Source: an uncultured Candidatus Poseidoniales archaeon
GTDB taxonomy: Archaea > Thermoplasmatota > Poseidoniia > Poseidoniales > Thalassarchaeaceae
DNA: 64,000 bases
Assembly (NCBI GenBank): GCA_902601345.1
Contig: CACKMK010000002.1
Coordinates: 43,571 to 107,570, forward strand
Direction of reading: 5' to 3'
A model generated the notes under the pieces. That model saw nothing but the letters and a program-made list of their open reading frames with translations. It searched no databases and was not told the DNA's origin. The stretch's first letter is position 1, and each line of letters begins with the position of its first letter. The translations under genes and the position numbers were made by a program. Below are positions 48,059-57,674 of the stretch, in pieces.

Positions 48059-50347
48059 TCAATCCTTTGGAACGAGGGCTTCCCTCTTGGTATTGATTTG
48101 CTCTCGACACTCCTCCAACCTCCTCCTTGCCAGTCTATTCTGAGAGTCAACATCGAGTACCTTACGCCAAGCTGTAGCGGCTTTCTCTACATCTCTACCT
48201 TCATGAAGAATTGCAGCGATACGGAGTCTCGCGTCCAGGTGTTGTGGGTCGGTCCTGACTGCAGCCTCGAAATCAGAAATTGCCTTCTCAGATCTTCCGA
48301 AGTCAACATACAGAAGTCCTCTTTGATACCATGCCTCCGAAAGATTAGGATTCTCCTCTATGGCTTTGTTTAGAGGTTTCTCCGCCTGTTCTGACCTGCC
48401 CATTGCTATCATACATGTACCCAAGTGGACTAATCCCATCGAATGGTTATGACTTAACTTTAGGAGTTCTCTTAACTCGAATTCAGCATTTTCCCAATCG
48501 CCCTGATTCATTAGTATCTCCGACTTCCTCAAGCGACCTAGTTCATGATTGGGTCGTTCCTCCACCAATTGGGTGGCATCATCTAATGCCATTGCCAAAT
48601 CGTCACAGAGAAGGGCTGCTGATGATCTGTTTAGTCTGGCCCTGGCATGTTTTGGGTCGAAACTTAGAGTATCGGAGAATAGCTTGATCGCCTCTCTAAA
48701 ACGACCGTGCTTGGCTGCGATGATTCCCCGGATGAACGGTACGGTTTGATTGTCCTTCAGAGTAGTTGTTGCCTCCAGAGTTAGTGCGTTCGCCTGCTCC
48801 AAGTCTCCAACCTCCAAGCATAACTGTGCTTCCTCCAGCGAAATCGAGGGGTGTTCTGGAATCAGCCTCCGCGCTCTCACCAGAGCAACTTCTGCCTCAT
48901 CGAAGGCACCTTGGTATCTGAGTGCTCTAGCCCTCCCAAGCCAGGCTAAACCTGACTCCCTATCAATCTCAATCGCTCTATCGAAAGAGACGAGTGCGTC
49001 AATCACTGGAATCTGATCGACTTTGCCGGTCTCATCACGATGATGGTCTGCGTCAACTAGACTGAGTCTTCCTTTCATGATGTGCAATGAAGACGAGTTC
49101 CAGGCTTCCTCCGGTGCTTCTTCCAGAGTTTGAAGAGCGGAGTCCGGTGATCCGCTGCTTAACCAGAGTTGACTCAGTCTACCTCTGGCCTCTGAATCTC
49201 CTGGAGAGTTGCGGAGATGTTCCTCTAGAACCTCTATTGAGGCATCTGTCCTACCGTCGTTTTCGAGTATCTCGGACTCTAAAATAACAGTATATTCGCC
49301 CAAGGCGTTTGCCCTTCTAAGGGATTTCATTGCCTCTTTCATGGGGCCAGCCTCGGCAGCAACCAATCTGGCCTTGAGAGACCATGCCTGGCCGAAATTT
49401 TGATCCCTCTTGATTGCCGATTCTACCGACTCCAGTGCTGGTCTGAACTCTCCCAGCATCAGTTGCTTGGTTGCCTTTTCGACCAAAGTCGATGCTGTTC
49501 CTGACGAATAATCGCCTCTGTCATCTGACTCCTTCGCTCTTTGGGATATTTGAGAGAGATCGCCATCTATTGCAGATAGAGATGTCGAGGCGCCCAAGCC
49601 CTCTAGTCTCTTCGTGTTCCTACCATATCGTTCGTCTTCAGTACCGTCCAACAGAACGAGTTGCTCATTTAGTAAGCTGATATCATCCGGAACAATCGCA
49701 AGTAGCCTCTCTAGAGTCCTATCAAGAGAGTCAAGATCTCCGCTTTTCCTCAGGATGTCAGAAAGTGAGCGGAGAGCTGCTTCGTCCTCTGGATCTAAGT
49801 CGTTCGCTCTATGATAACAGTCTGCGGCCCAATCAAACCTTTCGATGGAGTGGAAAAGTTCACCCAATCTCCGATGCTCATTGGCAGACAGTTCAACATC
49901 CTCAGCCTTCATCTCAGCCTCTGTGAGGATGGCAGCTAGCCTCTTAGAAAGCGGTTTAAGTCCCTGGAGTATTATTCTCTCTTCTTCAGGGTCGCCCTCT
50001 TCATAGTGCTCCAGCAAAGACTTAGCTGCATGGCTCGCTATCGCGCATGACTCGCTATTACTGACTGGTATGCCTTGATTGAACAGTAACGACTCTGCTG
50101 CCTCTAGTGACTTATGTACTCCGAGTAGCTCATGGACTTCAGGAGCGTCGGAAAGAATGGTGTCGACGCCCCGGGAAAGAAGATCTAACTTCTCCGAGGT
50201 TTGTACCAGATTTCCTTTCATGGAACCGATCTTAGATGCAAGCTTCTGTCTCTGTCTAAGTACAGACTTGTGCTTTATCCACAAAACAAATAGAGTGATC
50301 GACAGTATCCCGTAGAGAGTCATGACGACCATGGTGGTCTCTTGCAT
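48059..50347 (-). CDS. TPR-repeat protein with an N-terminal membrane anchor
   Basis: 762 aa with an N-terminal TM helix (MVVMTLYGILSITLFVLWI) followed by numerous 34-residue TPR-like repeats (W-LG-Y...A...P patterns). Confidence 0.65.
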   Translation of the reverse strand: MQETTMVVMTLYGILSITLFVLWIKHKSVLRQRQKLASKIGSMKGNLVQTSEKLDLLSRGVDTILSDAPEVHELLGVHKSLEAAESLLFNQGIPVSNSESCAIASHAAKSLLEHYEEGDPEEERIILQGLKPLSKRLAAILTEAEMKAEDVELSANEHRRLGELFHSIERFDWAADCYHRANDLDPEDEAALRSLSDILRKSGDLDSLDRTLERLLAIVPDDISLLNEQLVLLDGTEDERYGRNTKRLEGLGASTSLSAIDGDLSQISQRAKESDDRGDYSSGTASTLVEKATKQLMLGEFRPALESVESAIKRDQNFGQAWSLKARLVAAEAGPMKEAMKSLRRANALGEYTVILESEILENDGRTDASIEVLEEHLRNSPGDSEARGRLSQLWLSSGSPDSALQTLEEAPEEAWNSSSLHIMKGRLSLVDADHHRDETGKVDQIPVIDALVSFDRAIEIDRESGLAWLGRARALRYQGAFDEAEVALVRARRLIPEHPSISLEEAQLCLEVGDLEQANALTLEATTTLKDNQTVPFIRGIIAAKHGRFREAIKLFSDTLSFDPKHARARLNRSSAALLCDDLAMALDDATQLVEERPNHELGRLRKSEILMNQGDWENAEFELRELLKLSHNHSMGLVHLGTCMIAMGRSEQAEKPLNKAIEENPNLSEAWYQRGLLYVDFGRSEKAISDFEAAVRTDPQHLDARLRIAAILHEGRDVEKAATAWRKVLDVDSQNRLARRRLEECREQINTKREALVPKD

Positions 50348-50453
50348 CGCTCCCAGCGGACATGAGAGACTTTTGATGGCTTCTGCTAAGAATGCCCCTC
50401 AGATGGCCATTAACCCTGGGTCAAAGAACAGCCATACAAGTGTTAGTTGTATC

Positions 50454-51623
50454 TCATTCCAAATCTCTAATGGAGTATGCCTGAACTCCAAGTTTCAGAG
50501 ATTGAGGGCCCACTGTCTTGCCTACGACATTGTTTATTCCAGCGCCCGACGCTAGTTCATGAATCCGATCTGTCACCTTACCCGAGAATACTAGCCCTTG
50601 GGCTCCTTCTATTTCACCGAGAGCAGACTCTAGGTCCTTCGCACTAACAGGCTCAGAGCCGCTTCCATCGGCCTGGACAATTACTGTGTAGTTTCTCTTG
50701 AGTCCGTCCATCATAGGTGCCCATCCCTTGATCTCATCTGATGCTTCCATAGTCGGTTTTCCTTTCCCGACCGATGCGTCATCGTCCTTTTGGATTTCTG
50801 TCTGAATCCTGGCGACGGCCTTGGATGCCGGTTCTTTCTGTCCTAGGCACTTGGTCACAACCTTGCCCTCCAGATGCTCGACTTCCCTACTCTGCGGTGC
50901 AAATGCTACATGGGTTAGTGACTTACCTAGTGTACCGCTAATCTCCATCAACAGAAGCTTGCCTCCTCGATCTCCATCAAGGAAAGCGGTAACTGTCTTC
51001 TTCTTGGATGCCAACTCCGCCAGTTCCGGCTTGATTCCGGAACCCATGGTCGCGATAGCATTGTTAATCCCGTACTTCAATAGGTTTCGGACATCATTTC
51101 TACCCTCAACTATGATGATTGCGTCCGAGTTCTTCACATTCGGGCCGGCAGTCATCTCTTGGTAGTCTGTCTCTGTATCGAGTGTCAACACTGCTCTGAC
51201 CTCATCGAGGATGTTCTTTGACTCCCCGGATGCAGAGTTCACAATGTTCAGGAGAAGCTGCTTTGCTCTGTCAATGACGTGGTCTCTCTTAGCAGACCTA
51301 ACGTTCTCTATCTCCTTAACCTTGATTACGGCCTTGCATGGTCCTATCCTGTCGATAGTCTCCAGGGCAGCACCGATTACTGCAGTGCTAACCTGATCTA
51401 TCGAGGAAGAAACTTCTAGTGTTCCCTGGACACGTCCCTTGTGGTTGTTTAAACTCACATCCACGTGTCCGATTCTCCCGGTCTGCTGGAGTTTCCTTAG
51501 CTGCAGCCCTTCTCCTAGAAGTCCCTCGGTCTGGCCGAAAATAGCACCTACGACGTCTTTGCGCGCCACGGTACCATCGACTCTAATTGTTGCATGTATT
51601 ACGTATTTTCCTTCATTTGCCAT
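50454..51623 (-). CDS. dnaG: Archaeal DnaG-like primase (Toprim domain); start trimmed to MANEGKYVIHA
   Basis: The N-terminus is DVVGAIFGQTEGLLG. The Toprim block is IIIVEGRNDVRNLLKYGINNAIATMGSGI, and DGDRGGKLLL is also present. The ORF extends further 5', into a GC-rich structured leader. Confidence 0.75.
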   Translation of the reverse strand: MANEGKYVIHATIRVDGTVARKDVVGAIFGQTEGLLGEGLQLRKLQQTGRIGHVDVSLNNHKGRVQGTLEVSSSIDQVSTAVIGAALETIDRIGPCKAVIKVKEIENVRSAKRDHVIDRAKQLLLNIVNSASGESKNILDEVRAVLTLDTETDYQEMTAGPNVKNSDAIIIVEGRNDVRNLLKYGINNAIATMGSGIKPELAELASKKKTVTAFLDGDRGGKLLLMEISGTLGKSLTHVAFAPQSREVEHLEGKVVTKCLGQKEPASKAVARIQTEIQKDDDASVGKGKPTMEASDEIKGWAPMMDGLKRNYTVIVQADGSGSEPVSAKDLESALGEIEGAQGLVFSGKVTDRIHELASGAGINNVVGKTVGPQSLKLGVQAYSIRDLE

Positions 51624-51840
51624 ATTGTTCAAATCCTTTGCTTCTCGGCCCCAAACCGGGGCCTTGCCCCCTATTTTGCCAGTTTGGCTCGGGGGGTTCG
51701 GATGGGCGCAAGGCGCCCGCGAGTGGGCTGATAAGCAACTTACCGGGCGATAGGGGTATTCATGAATCCTCCTGTTTACCAATGGGTCTTTACTGAAGCG
51801 ATATACCCAGTGGTTAAGTCTAGTATGTATATCGGAGTTC

Positions 51841-52329
51841 GTGGTGGAAGAGTCCTGGCTCGAAGATGATCGGTCTCAAGTATTCATGAACGCATCTATG
51901 CTGGCTCTTAGAGACGGGCAATTATCTAATGGAGAGAAGAGAATCTTGGTGAAGCTAGCACACGCGCTGAGGCTCCAGGAGGACGAGCCCAAGCGGATTT
52001 ACGATGCTATTCTATCAGGAGAGACGGACAGGACCAGTGGAGATAAGTTAGGGCATAGCGAGAAGATACTAGTGTACGGCCAAGTTCTGGAAGCAATGCT
52101 AATCCACACGGATCGTTCAGAAGAGGTGATCGCTCAAATTGCATATCTTAGAAAGATGTTCGCTATTGAGGAGGCTGAGCACAGGGCTATTGCAAGAAGT
52201 CTGGATCGGCAGTTAGAAGAAATAGTCCATCGGTCTTTCATAGACGAGTATCGAGTCCGTCTGAACGAGACTGGAGATGCGCTAAGACAGATTTCTTCAC
52301 AGCTACTGGAGCGAGTTGTTCGTCGATAG
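51841..52329 (+). CDS. TerB-like domain protein (hypothetical)
   Basis: LALRDGQLSNGEKRILVKLAHALRLQEDE fits the TerB/DjlA-N repeated helical pattern (A.aDG.l...E...l..la..L.l). Confidence 0.3.
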   Translation: MVEESWLEDDRSQVFMNASMLALRDGQLSNGEKRILVKLAHALRLQEDEPKRIYDAILSGETDRTSGDKLGHSEKILVYGQVLEAMLIHTDRSEEVIAQIAYLRKMFAIEEAEHRAIARSLDRQLEEIVHRSFIDEYRVRLNETGDALRQISSQLLERVVRR

Positions 52330-52362
52330 CGTCAAATTGCCAATAGGGAATCAGTAGTTGAA

Positions 52363-53007
52363 ATGAGTGGAGTATTGGTACTTGATGAGTTCCTTGAGAG
52401 CCAACCGAAGAGAGTGCACAGATCATACAGGAAGTTAGCTAGAGTAGTTCGTGAGGCATACCCGATAGGGGTACCAGCACTGATCATGAAATCAAGTACA
52501 GATAGACTGGGAGCGTCTGCCGGTTACTCTTTCCACCTTGGAACACCGGATGACATCCTCAGAAGGATTGCTTCCTGGCTGATTACATATGCTAAGGGAA
52601 ATCAGGACGTGCTATGGAGACTGATGCGAGAGCTGTGGTCCAGGCACGGAAGAGAGGATGTTGCTCTTTCCGCGCTGCTTCTAGCGAATTTGGACCACCA
52701 GGCAGCTGGTACCGACCCGTGGGATATACTGTCTTCATTGATTAATACCAAGGAGCCTGCAGATGCGCTCCTGCTAAGTATTGAGGAGGTGCTTAGAGCA
52801 GGTCATGGAGGGCCAAGTAATGTGCAGTATAGATCATGGTGCTCTGGTAGGATGGTGCAGACTCACCTAGCGCTTATATCAGCGTTCGCTAGCCAAAACT
52901 CGGGTCTAGACATCTCTCCGGAGGTTATTGCACTGCTCCTTGATGTAGATGTCCCGGACGGCGATACTCTTCTTGGCCGAATCAGAGACAGGTTTTCGGA
53001 ACTCTAA
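52363..53007 (+). CDS. Hypothetical HEAT-like helical protein, possibly DNA alkylation repair (AlkD-like)
   Basis: 214 aa, all alpha-helical, with Trp/Leu-rich repeats resembling the AlkC/AlkD HEAT-like fold. Weak. Confidence 0.25.
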   Translation: MSGVLVLDEFLESQPKRVHRSYRKLARVVREAYPIGVPALIMKSSTDRLGASAGYSFHLGTPDDILRRIASWLITYAKGNQDVLWRLMRELWSRHGREDVALSALLLANLDHQAAGTDPWDILSSLINTKEPADALLLSIEEVLRAGHGGPSNVQYRSWCSGRMVQTHLALISAFASQNSGLDISPEVIALLLDVDVPDGDTLLGRIRDRFSEL

Positions 53008-53254
53008 CAATAGTACTAATTCGTCCTTAGCCTCCGTAATTGCCATGGTCGAGCGCCTGTTGCCATCGGATGACCCCGTAGCAGAGGAAGTTCTAGAGTG
53101 GACAATTAAGAGAGATGCCCAAGATATTGCCCAGTTAATGGAGTGGCTAGTAGGAACCACTGCAAGGAAGGATCGAGAGATGCTCATAAACCGTGCATTG
53201 GATTTAATGGAAGAGATTGATCATGCATTAAAGCGACTTGACGAGCTAAGGTGA
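52949..53254 (+). CDS. Small hypothetical protein (the start is likely the internal Met at about 53045)
   Basis: It is acidic and helical, and overlaps the upstream gene by 58 nt as drawn. Confidence 0.2.
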   Translation: MSRTAILFLAESETGFRNSNNSTNSSLASVIAMVERLLPSDDPVAEEVLEWTIKRDAQDIAQLMEWLVGTTARKDREMLINRALDLMEEIDHALKRLDELR

Positions 53255-53258
53255 ACTT

Positions 53259-53816
53259 ATGCGGTCTCTATTGCTTGCAGGGGGGAAATCGTCTAGGATG
53301 GGGATAGATAAAGCAATGATTGAGGTAGATGGCTACTCAATGATTTCGAGAGTAGTCAAGGCACTGACTCTCGCAGGATTGGAGCCAATCAGAATCGCTG
53401 TGGCTAGTCCTGAAGACATCGAGAAATATGGAAGCGTAGTAGGCCCGGACGCAGATGTTGAATGGGTTTTGGATGCCAGAACTCACGCTGGTCCAATTGA
53501 TGCTATTAAGGAGGCGCTTCTAGACTCTGGATGCGGTGAAATCCTACAGCTAGCGGCAGTAGACTACCCATGGGTGACAGAGGAGTTGTTCATCTCTCTG
53601 CAGGAGGGTTTGGATGATGATAATGCTCTAATCATGCCCCATGATGGAGAGGTTTCCCACCCTCTCCTAGCATTGATTCGGAGCGAGGACGTTCTAGGAA
53701 TCCTGCATTCTGACAGGAGGTCCCTCAGAGCGCAGTTCGCAGAGGTCAAGCATTCAATACTAATTGAAGAGCCAGAAATCCTTCGGAACGCGAACTCACC
53801 CGAGGACCTCAAGTGA
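53259..53816 (+). CDS. mobA: Molybdenum cofactor guanylyltransferase MobA-like
   Basis: LLLAGGKSSRMGIDKAMIEVDG is the MobA/NTP-transferase N-terminal signature. 185 aa. Confidence 0.7.
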   Translation: MRSLLLAGGKSSRMGIDKAMIEVDGYSMISRVVKALTLAGLEPIRIAVASPEDIEKYGSVVGPDADVEWVLDARTHAGPIDAIKEALLDSGCGEILQLAAVDYPWVTEELFISLQEGLDDDNALIMPHDGEVSHPLLALIRSEDVLGILHSDRRSLRAQFAEVKHSILIEEPEILRNANSPEDLK

Positions 53817-54488
53817 AACCCCCCCATTGCAGAGTAGATCGATAATCTCGGGATATAGAGTATGCTCGACCTTCCTGACTCTATCCTGGAGTGACTCCTC
53901 ATCGTCGTCAGGGAGAATAGGCACTTCTCTTTGAGCGAGAATGGGGCCTGAATCGACGCCCTCATCAACCAGATGTACGGTACACCCCGTGGTTTTCACA
54001 CCTGCAGCGAGTGCGTCTCGGTGAGCATGCGCCCCAGGGAAATCTGGAAGTAGAGAGGGATGAATATTCAGGAGCCTCCCCTTCCATATTGCTACGAAAG
54101 ATGGTGTCAGGATTCTCATATACCCACTGAGAACAACTAGTTCAACACCGGAAGATTTGAGTTGTCGTAGAATCATACTCTCATGTGCTAAACGACGCTC
54201 GGTGCTCTGCAGTCCCAGCGGAAGTGGGATTCCCATCGTGGCGATTCCTGCACTCCTTCCATGCTCTAGTCCTCCAGCATTTTCACTATCTGCAATTACC
54301 AAAACTGTCCGATGACTCCTAGGCTTGGAAAATTGGAACGACAATATGGAAGATAGTCCCGAACCGCCTCCTGAAATCAGAACGGCCAACCTCAGAGGCT
54401 CTTCGATAGAAGCGGCTCTAGGTAGAATGAATGGCGCCTCCATGCCTTTCTGGTGAGGAGTTTCCGCTTGAGTCTTCGGATTACTCAA
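53796..54488 (-). CDS. purN: Phosphoribosylglycinamide formyltransferase
   Basis: GRLLNIHPSLLPDFPGAHA is the formyl-transferase catalytic motif. LAVLISGGGS is typical of the PurN N-terminus. Confidence 0.8.
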   Translation of the reverse strand: MSNPKTQAETPHQKGMEAPFILPRAASIEEPLRLAVLISGGGSGLSSILSFQFSKPRSHRTVLVIADSENAGGLEHGRSAGIATMGIPLPLGLQSTERRLAHESMILRQLKSSGVELVVLSGYMRILTPSFVAIWKGRLLNIHPSLLPDFPGAHAHRDALAAGVKTTGCTVHLVDEGVDSGPILAQREVPILPDDDEESLQDRVRKVEHTLYPEIIDLLCNGGVSLEVLG

Positions 54489-54525
54489 ACTTAAACGAAG
54501 GCGGGGTTACCAATGGACGTAGTTC

Positions 54526-55017
54526 ATGGAAAGAACAGCCACCATTGACGAAATTGTTGAGAGATATTGCGTATCCAGCAATCCCTTTCTGAGTCGTTTA
54601 TACCTGGGGTTAGGATTTATGTTCATAGGTTTCGCTATAATCGGCCTTTGGGTTCCAGGATGGCCTACGGTTTCATGGGCTGTACCAGCGGCCTTCCTCT
54701 TCTCATACTCCAGCGAGAGAATGTTCAGGTGGACTCTTACGAATCGGTTCTTCGGCTCCGCGATGTTCGATTACTATGCAACTGGAAAGACGGTGCCGAG
54801 TCATGCAAAAGTGGCAATCATTGTGCTTATTGCGTTGATGTCTGCCGCATCGGCGACCCTCGTCTGGAAGGTTTCTACACTTGGTGATGGAAAAATTTTC
54901 GAGCCATCCTCATGGAATGGTGCTGATCCGGGATATGGGGCTGTGACCATTATCCTAGTCGGGCTTTTCGGTATGTATTACGTGGCAACCAGAGTCAGAA
55001 TCAGAGAAATAGGCTGA
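54526..55017 (+). CDS. DUF454 (YbaN-like) membrane protein
   Basis: LGLGFMFIGFAIIGLWVPGWPTVSWAVPAAFLFSYSSERMFRW fits the DUF454 pattern (GLG.lG..lP.lPTT.F.l.a...f.rsS.R...W). Confidence 0.5.
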   Translation: MERTATIDEIVERYCVSSNPFLSRLYLGLGFMFIGFAIIGLWVPGWPTVSWAVPAAFLFSYSSERMFRWTLTNRFFGSAMFDYYATGKTVPSHAKVAIIVLIALMSAASATLVWKVSTLGDGKIFEPSSWNGADPGYGAVTIILVGLFGMYYVATRVRIREIG

Positions 55018-55029
55018 CTCAAACTCTTT

Positions 55030-56205
55030 TTGCAGGTGGCCAGTCCGAGGGCTTTGAGAAACATGGACTTTGACACAATCTCAGTAAGAGGCAAGAGCAA
55101 GCCAGACCCGACAACGGGTGCGATAGTACCCCCGATATACCAGACTGCGACCTATGTATTGGAGGAGATAGGGGTCGACAAGGGGTTCGACTACACTCGC
55201 TCATCCAATCCCACCAGGCAGGATCTGGAGGAGCACTTGGCCGCGTTGGAGGGAGGCAAATATGGGATTGCTTTCTCCAGTGGAATGGCAAGTGCGGATA
55301 GTTGTATGAAGCTTCTAAAACAGGGCGATCACGTTGTCTGCTGCGATGACGTGTATGGTGGGACTGCGAGACTTTTCAACAACCTGATGACGAACTACGG
55401 AGTCGAGTTCACCTACGTTGACTCACAAGTGGCGGAGAATGTCCAGAAGGCTATACGTCCAGAGACGAAGATGGTGTGGGTAGAAACCCCAACAAATCCA
55501 CTTTTGAAGGTTACAGATCTAGAGGCTGTAGGGAATATCGCAAAGAGTAATGATCTGCTTTACGTTGTGGATACCACTTTCGCGACCCCGGTTTTCCTCA
55601 GGCCTCTTGAGTATGGGGCTGATCTGGTGCTTCACAGTACCACGAAGTATCTGAGTGGACATAACCAGATTATCGGGGGTGCAATAATTACCGATAGAGA
55701 CGATCTATATAATCAGTTGAAGTACATCCAAAAGAGCGTTGGGGCCGTCCCTAGCCCGTTCGATTGCTGGTTGGTGATTATGGGTCTGAAGACTCTTCAT
55801 CTCAGGATGCATAGACATTGGGAGAACGCGGAGAAGATAGCGTCCTACTTGGAGGGACATCCAAAGGTATCCAAGGTGGTCTATCCTGGATTGGAGTCAC
55901 ATCCCATGCACAAAGTTGCCAAAAGTCAGATGAAAGGGTACAGTGGGATGATCTCATTCGAGTTGGAGGGAGGATTGGAGGCTGGTAAGAAGTTAATGAA
56001 TTCGGTCGAGTTGTGCCTCCTTGCCGAGAGCCTGGGTGCTGTGGAAACTATGATCACCCATCCTGCAACTATGACTCATGCGGAGGTTCCTCGAGAGGAG
56101 CGTTTGTCCAGAGGGTTTGAAGACGGCTTGGTCAGGCTCTCTGTGGGAATCGAGGACCCAGATGACCTGATTGCTGATTTGGAGAAGGCCTTCGAAAAGG
56201 TGTGA
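55030..56205 (+). CDS. Cystathionine gamma-synthase/gamma-lyase family (Cys/Met-metabolism PLP enzyme)
   Basis: HSTTKYLSGHNQIIGGAII carries the PLP-Lys in the TKY motif. DDVYGGT and CLLAESLGAVETMITHPATMTH are also present. The likely start is the Met at 55063. Confidence 0.8.
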   Translation: MQVASPRALRNMDFDTISVRGKSKPDPTTGAIVPPIYQTATYVLEEIGVDKGFDYTRSSNPTRQDLEEHLAALEGGKYGIAFSSGMASADSCMKLLKQGDHVVCCDDVYGGTARLFNNLMTNYGVEFTYVDSQVAENVQKAIRPETKMVWVETPTNPLLKVTDLEAVGNIAKSNDLLYVVDTTFATPVFLRPLEYGADLVLHSTTKYLSGHNQIIGGAIITDRDDLYNQLKYIQKSVGAVPSPFDCWLVIMGLKTLHLRMHRHWENAEKIASYLEGHPKVSKVVYPGLESHPMHKVAKSQMKGYSGMISFELEGGLEAGKKLMNSVELCLLAESLGAVETMITHPATMTHAEVPREERLSRGFEDGLVRLSVGIEDPDDLIADLEKAFEKV

Positions 56206-57243
56206 TTATTCCCACTCGTCTGGCTCCCAACCGTTCTCTCTAAGCCAGTCGTCGTTATAGAACTTCGAAAGATATGGATTACCGGCATCTGGGAGAACTG
56301 CGACCACCATGGCTTCCTCGCCATTTTCCTCTGCCTCGTTGGCAATATCGATAGCCACCTTGATCGAGCCCCCACATGAGCCTCCGCAGAACATCCCCTC
56401 CCTCCTTGCAAGGGCTCTCGCCCATTGGAAGCACTCTCCGTCATCGACCTGACGAATCTCGTCAATTACAGAGAAATCGGTTGCAGATGGGATAAAATCC
56501 TCTCCGAATCCTTCGACCTTGTACGTGTCTGGCTGCCCCATGGTCCCCTCTTCGAACCATTGTTTGAGAATAGAGCCAACTGCGTCGACCCCAACGATCT
56601 TTGGTGGTTCTGATCCATTTGACTCGGCCATCTCCTTCAATGACTTGGAGGTGCCAGAAATCGTCCCACCAGTTCCCATAGTGGCTACGAAGTGGGTTAT
56701 CTTTCCCTGAGTCTGCTCCCAAATCTCCGGTCCTGTTGAGAGGTAGTGAGTCAATGGATTCGCCTCGTGAGAGTATTGGTCAGGATACCAGGCTCCTGGT
56801 ATATCTCTTGCCAGTCTAGCAGCTACTTCGTAGTACGAACGGGGATCCTCCTTCTCTACTGCGGTCGGACAGACGTGAACCTCAGCTCCCATAGCCCGTA
56901 GGAGGTCTATCTTCTCCTTACTCATTTTATCTGCCATGGTGAAGATGCAGCGATAGCCCCGCTGTGCAGCAACCATTGCTAGCCCTATTCCAGTGTTTCC
57001 AGAAGTTCCCTCGACGATCGTCCCTCCTGGTTTCAGTAGTCCTTTCTCCTCAGCGTCTAGAACCATCTGCAGACCGATTCTATCCTTTATCGATCCTCCC
57101 GGGTTACATCTCTCAAGCTTGACCCAGACGGAAGATTTTCTCAGTTCCTCCGTAATTCTATTCAATCGAATGAGGGGCGTATTGCCTATGGCCGATACCA
57201 AGTCCTCATAGGTATTGGAACGTGGTTGGGACGGGTTGGGCAC
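56206..57243 (-). CDS. Cysteine synthase / O-phosphoserine sulfhydrylase (PLP fold type II)
   Basis: LERCNPGGSIKDRIGLQMV carries the PLP-Lys in the SIKDR motif. GTSGNTGIGLAMVAAQRGY is the glycine loop. 345 aa. Confidence 0.75.
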   Translation of the reverse strand: MPNPSQPRSNTYEDLVSAIGNTPLIRLNRITEELRKSSVWVKLERCNPGGSIKDRIGLQMVLDAEEKGLLKPGGTIVEGTSGNTGIGLAMVAAQRGYRCIFTMADKMSKEKIDLLRAMGAEVHVCPTAVEKEDPRSYYEVAARLARDIPGAWYPDQYSHEANPLTHYLSTGPEIWEQTQGKITHFVATMGTGGTISGTSKSLKEMAESNGSEPPKIVGVDAVGSILKQWFEEGTMGQPDTYKVEGFGEDFIPSATDFSVIDEIRQVDDGECFQWARALARREGMFCGGSCGGSIKVAIDIANEAEENGEEAMVVAVLPDAGNPYLSKFYNDDWLRENGWEPDEWE

Positions 57244-57276
57244 AGTGGTGCATCGAACCCCGCTGTATGATGGTTT

Positions 57277-57621
57277 TCACTCAGAGTTTCTTGATGATTT
57301 GTAGTAGTTCCATCCAGCAAAAGGTAGGCTCCAGAAGAGGCCGCCCAAGGCGGCGAATGGGATGAGCAATAGCCAGTAGGAATACTCGTCAAGTGATGGG
57401 CCTCCGAAAGTTGCACCGAATACAGGAAAAACGAACGTTCCAAAAGAGGTTGGAACGAGGTGATATAGACTAAGTCTCACATTGAGTTTTTCCTCCCATA
57501 TTTTCTGAGTTAGAATCGGGGGCAATAGGGCTATACAAAGAAAGCCGATTGCCGCACTGCCGCATGACTCGAATATCATATCACCTAGAGACAGAAGTAG
57601 AAGCATCAAGATAGCAATCAT
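57277..57621 (-). CDS. Small hypothetical membrane protein
   Basis: 114 aa with 3 TM helices. Confidence 0.3.
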   Translation of the reverse strand: MIAILMLLLLSLGDMIFESCGSAAIGFLCIALLPPILTQKIWEEKLNVRLSLYHLVPTSFGTFVFPVFGATFGGPSLDEYSYWLLLIPFAALGGLFWSLPFAGWNYYKSSRNSE

Positions 57622-57674
57622 TCCGCCGGATACCGCTCCGCTGGAGAGGATTTGCTTCCAATTCAGGTACTCAC

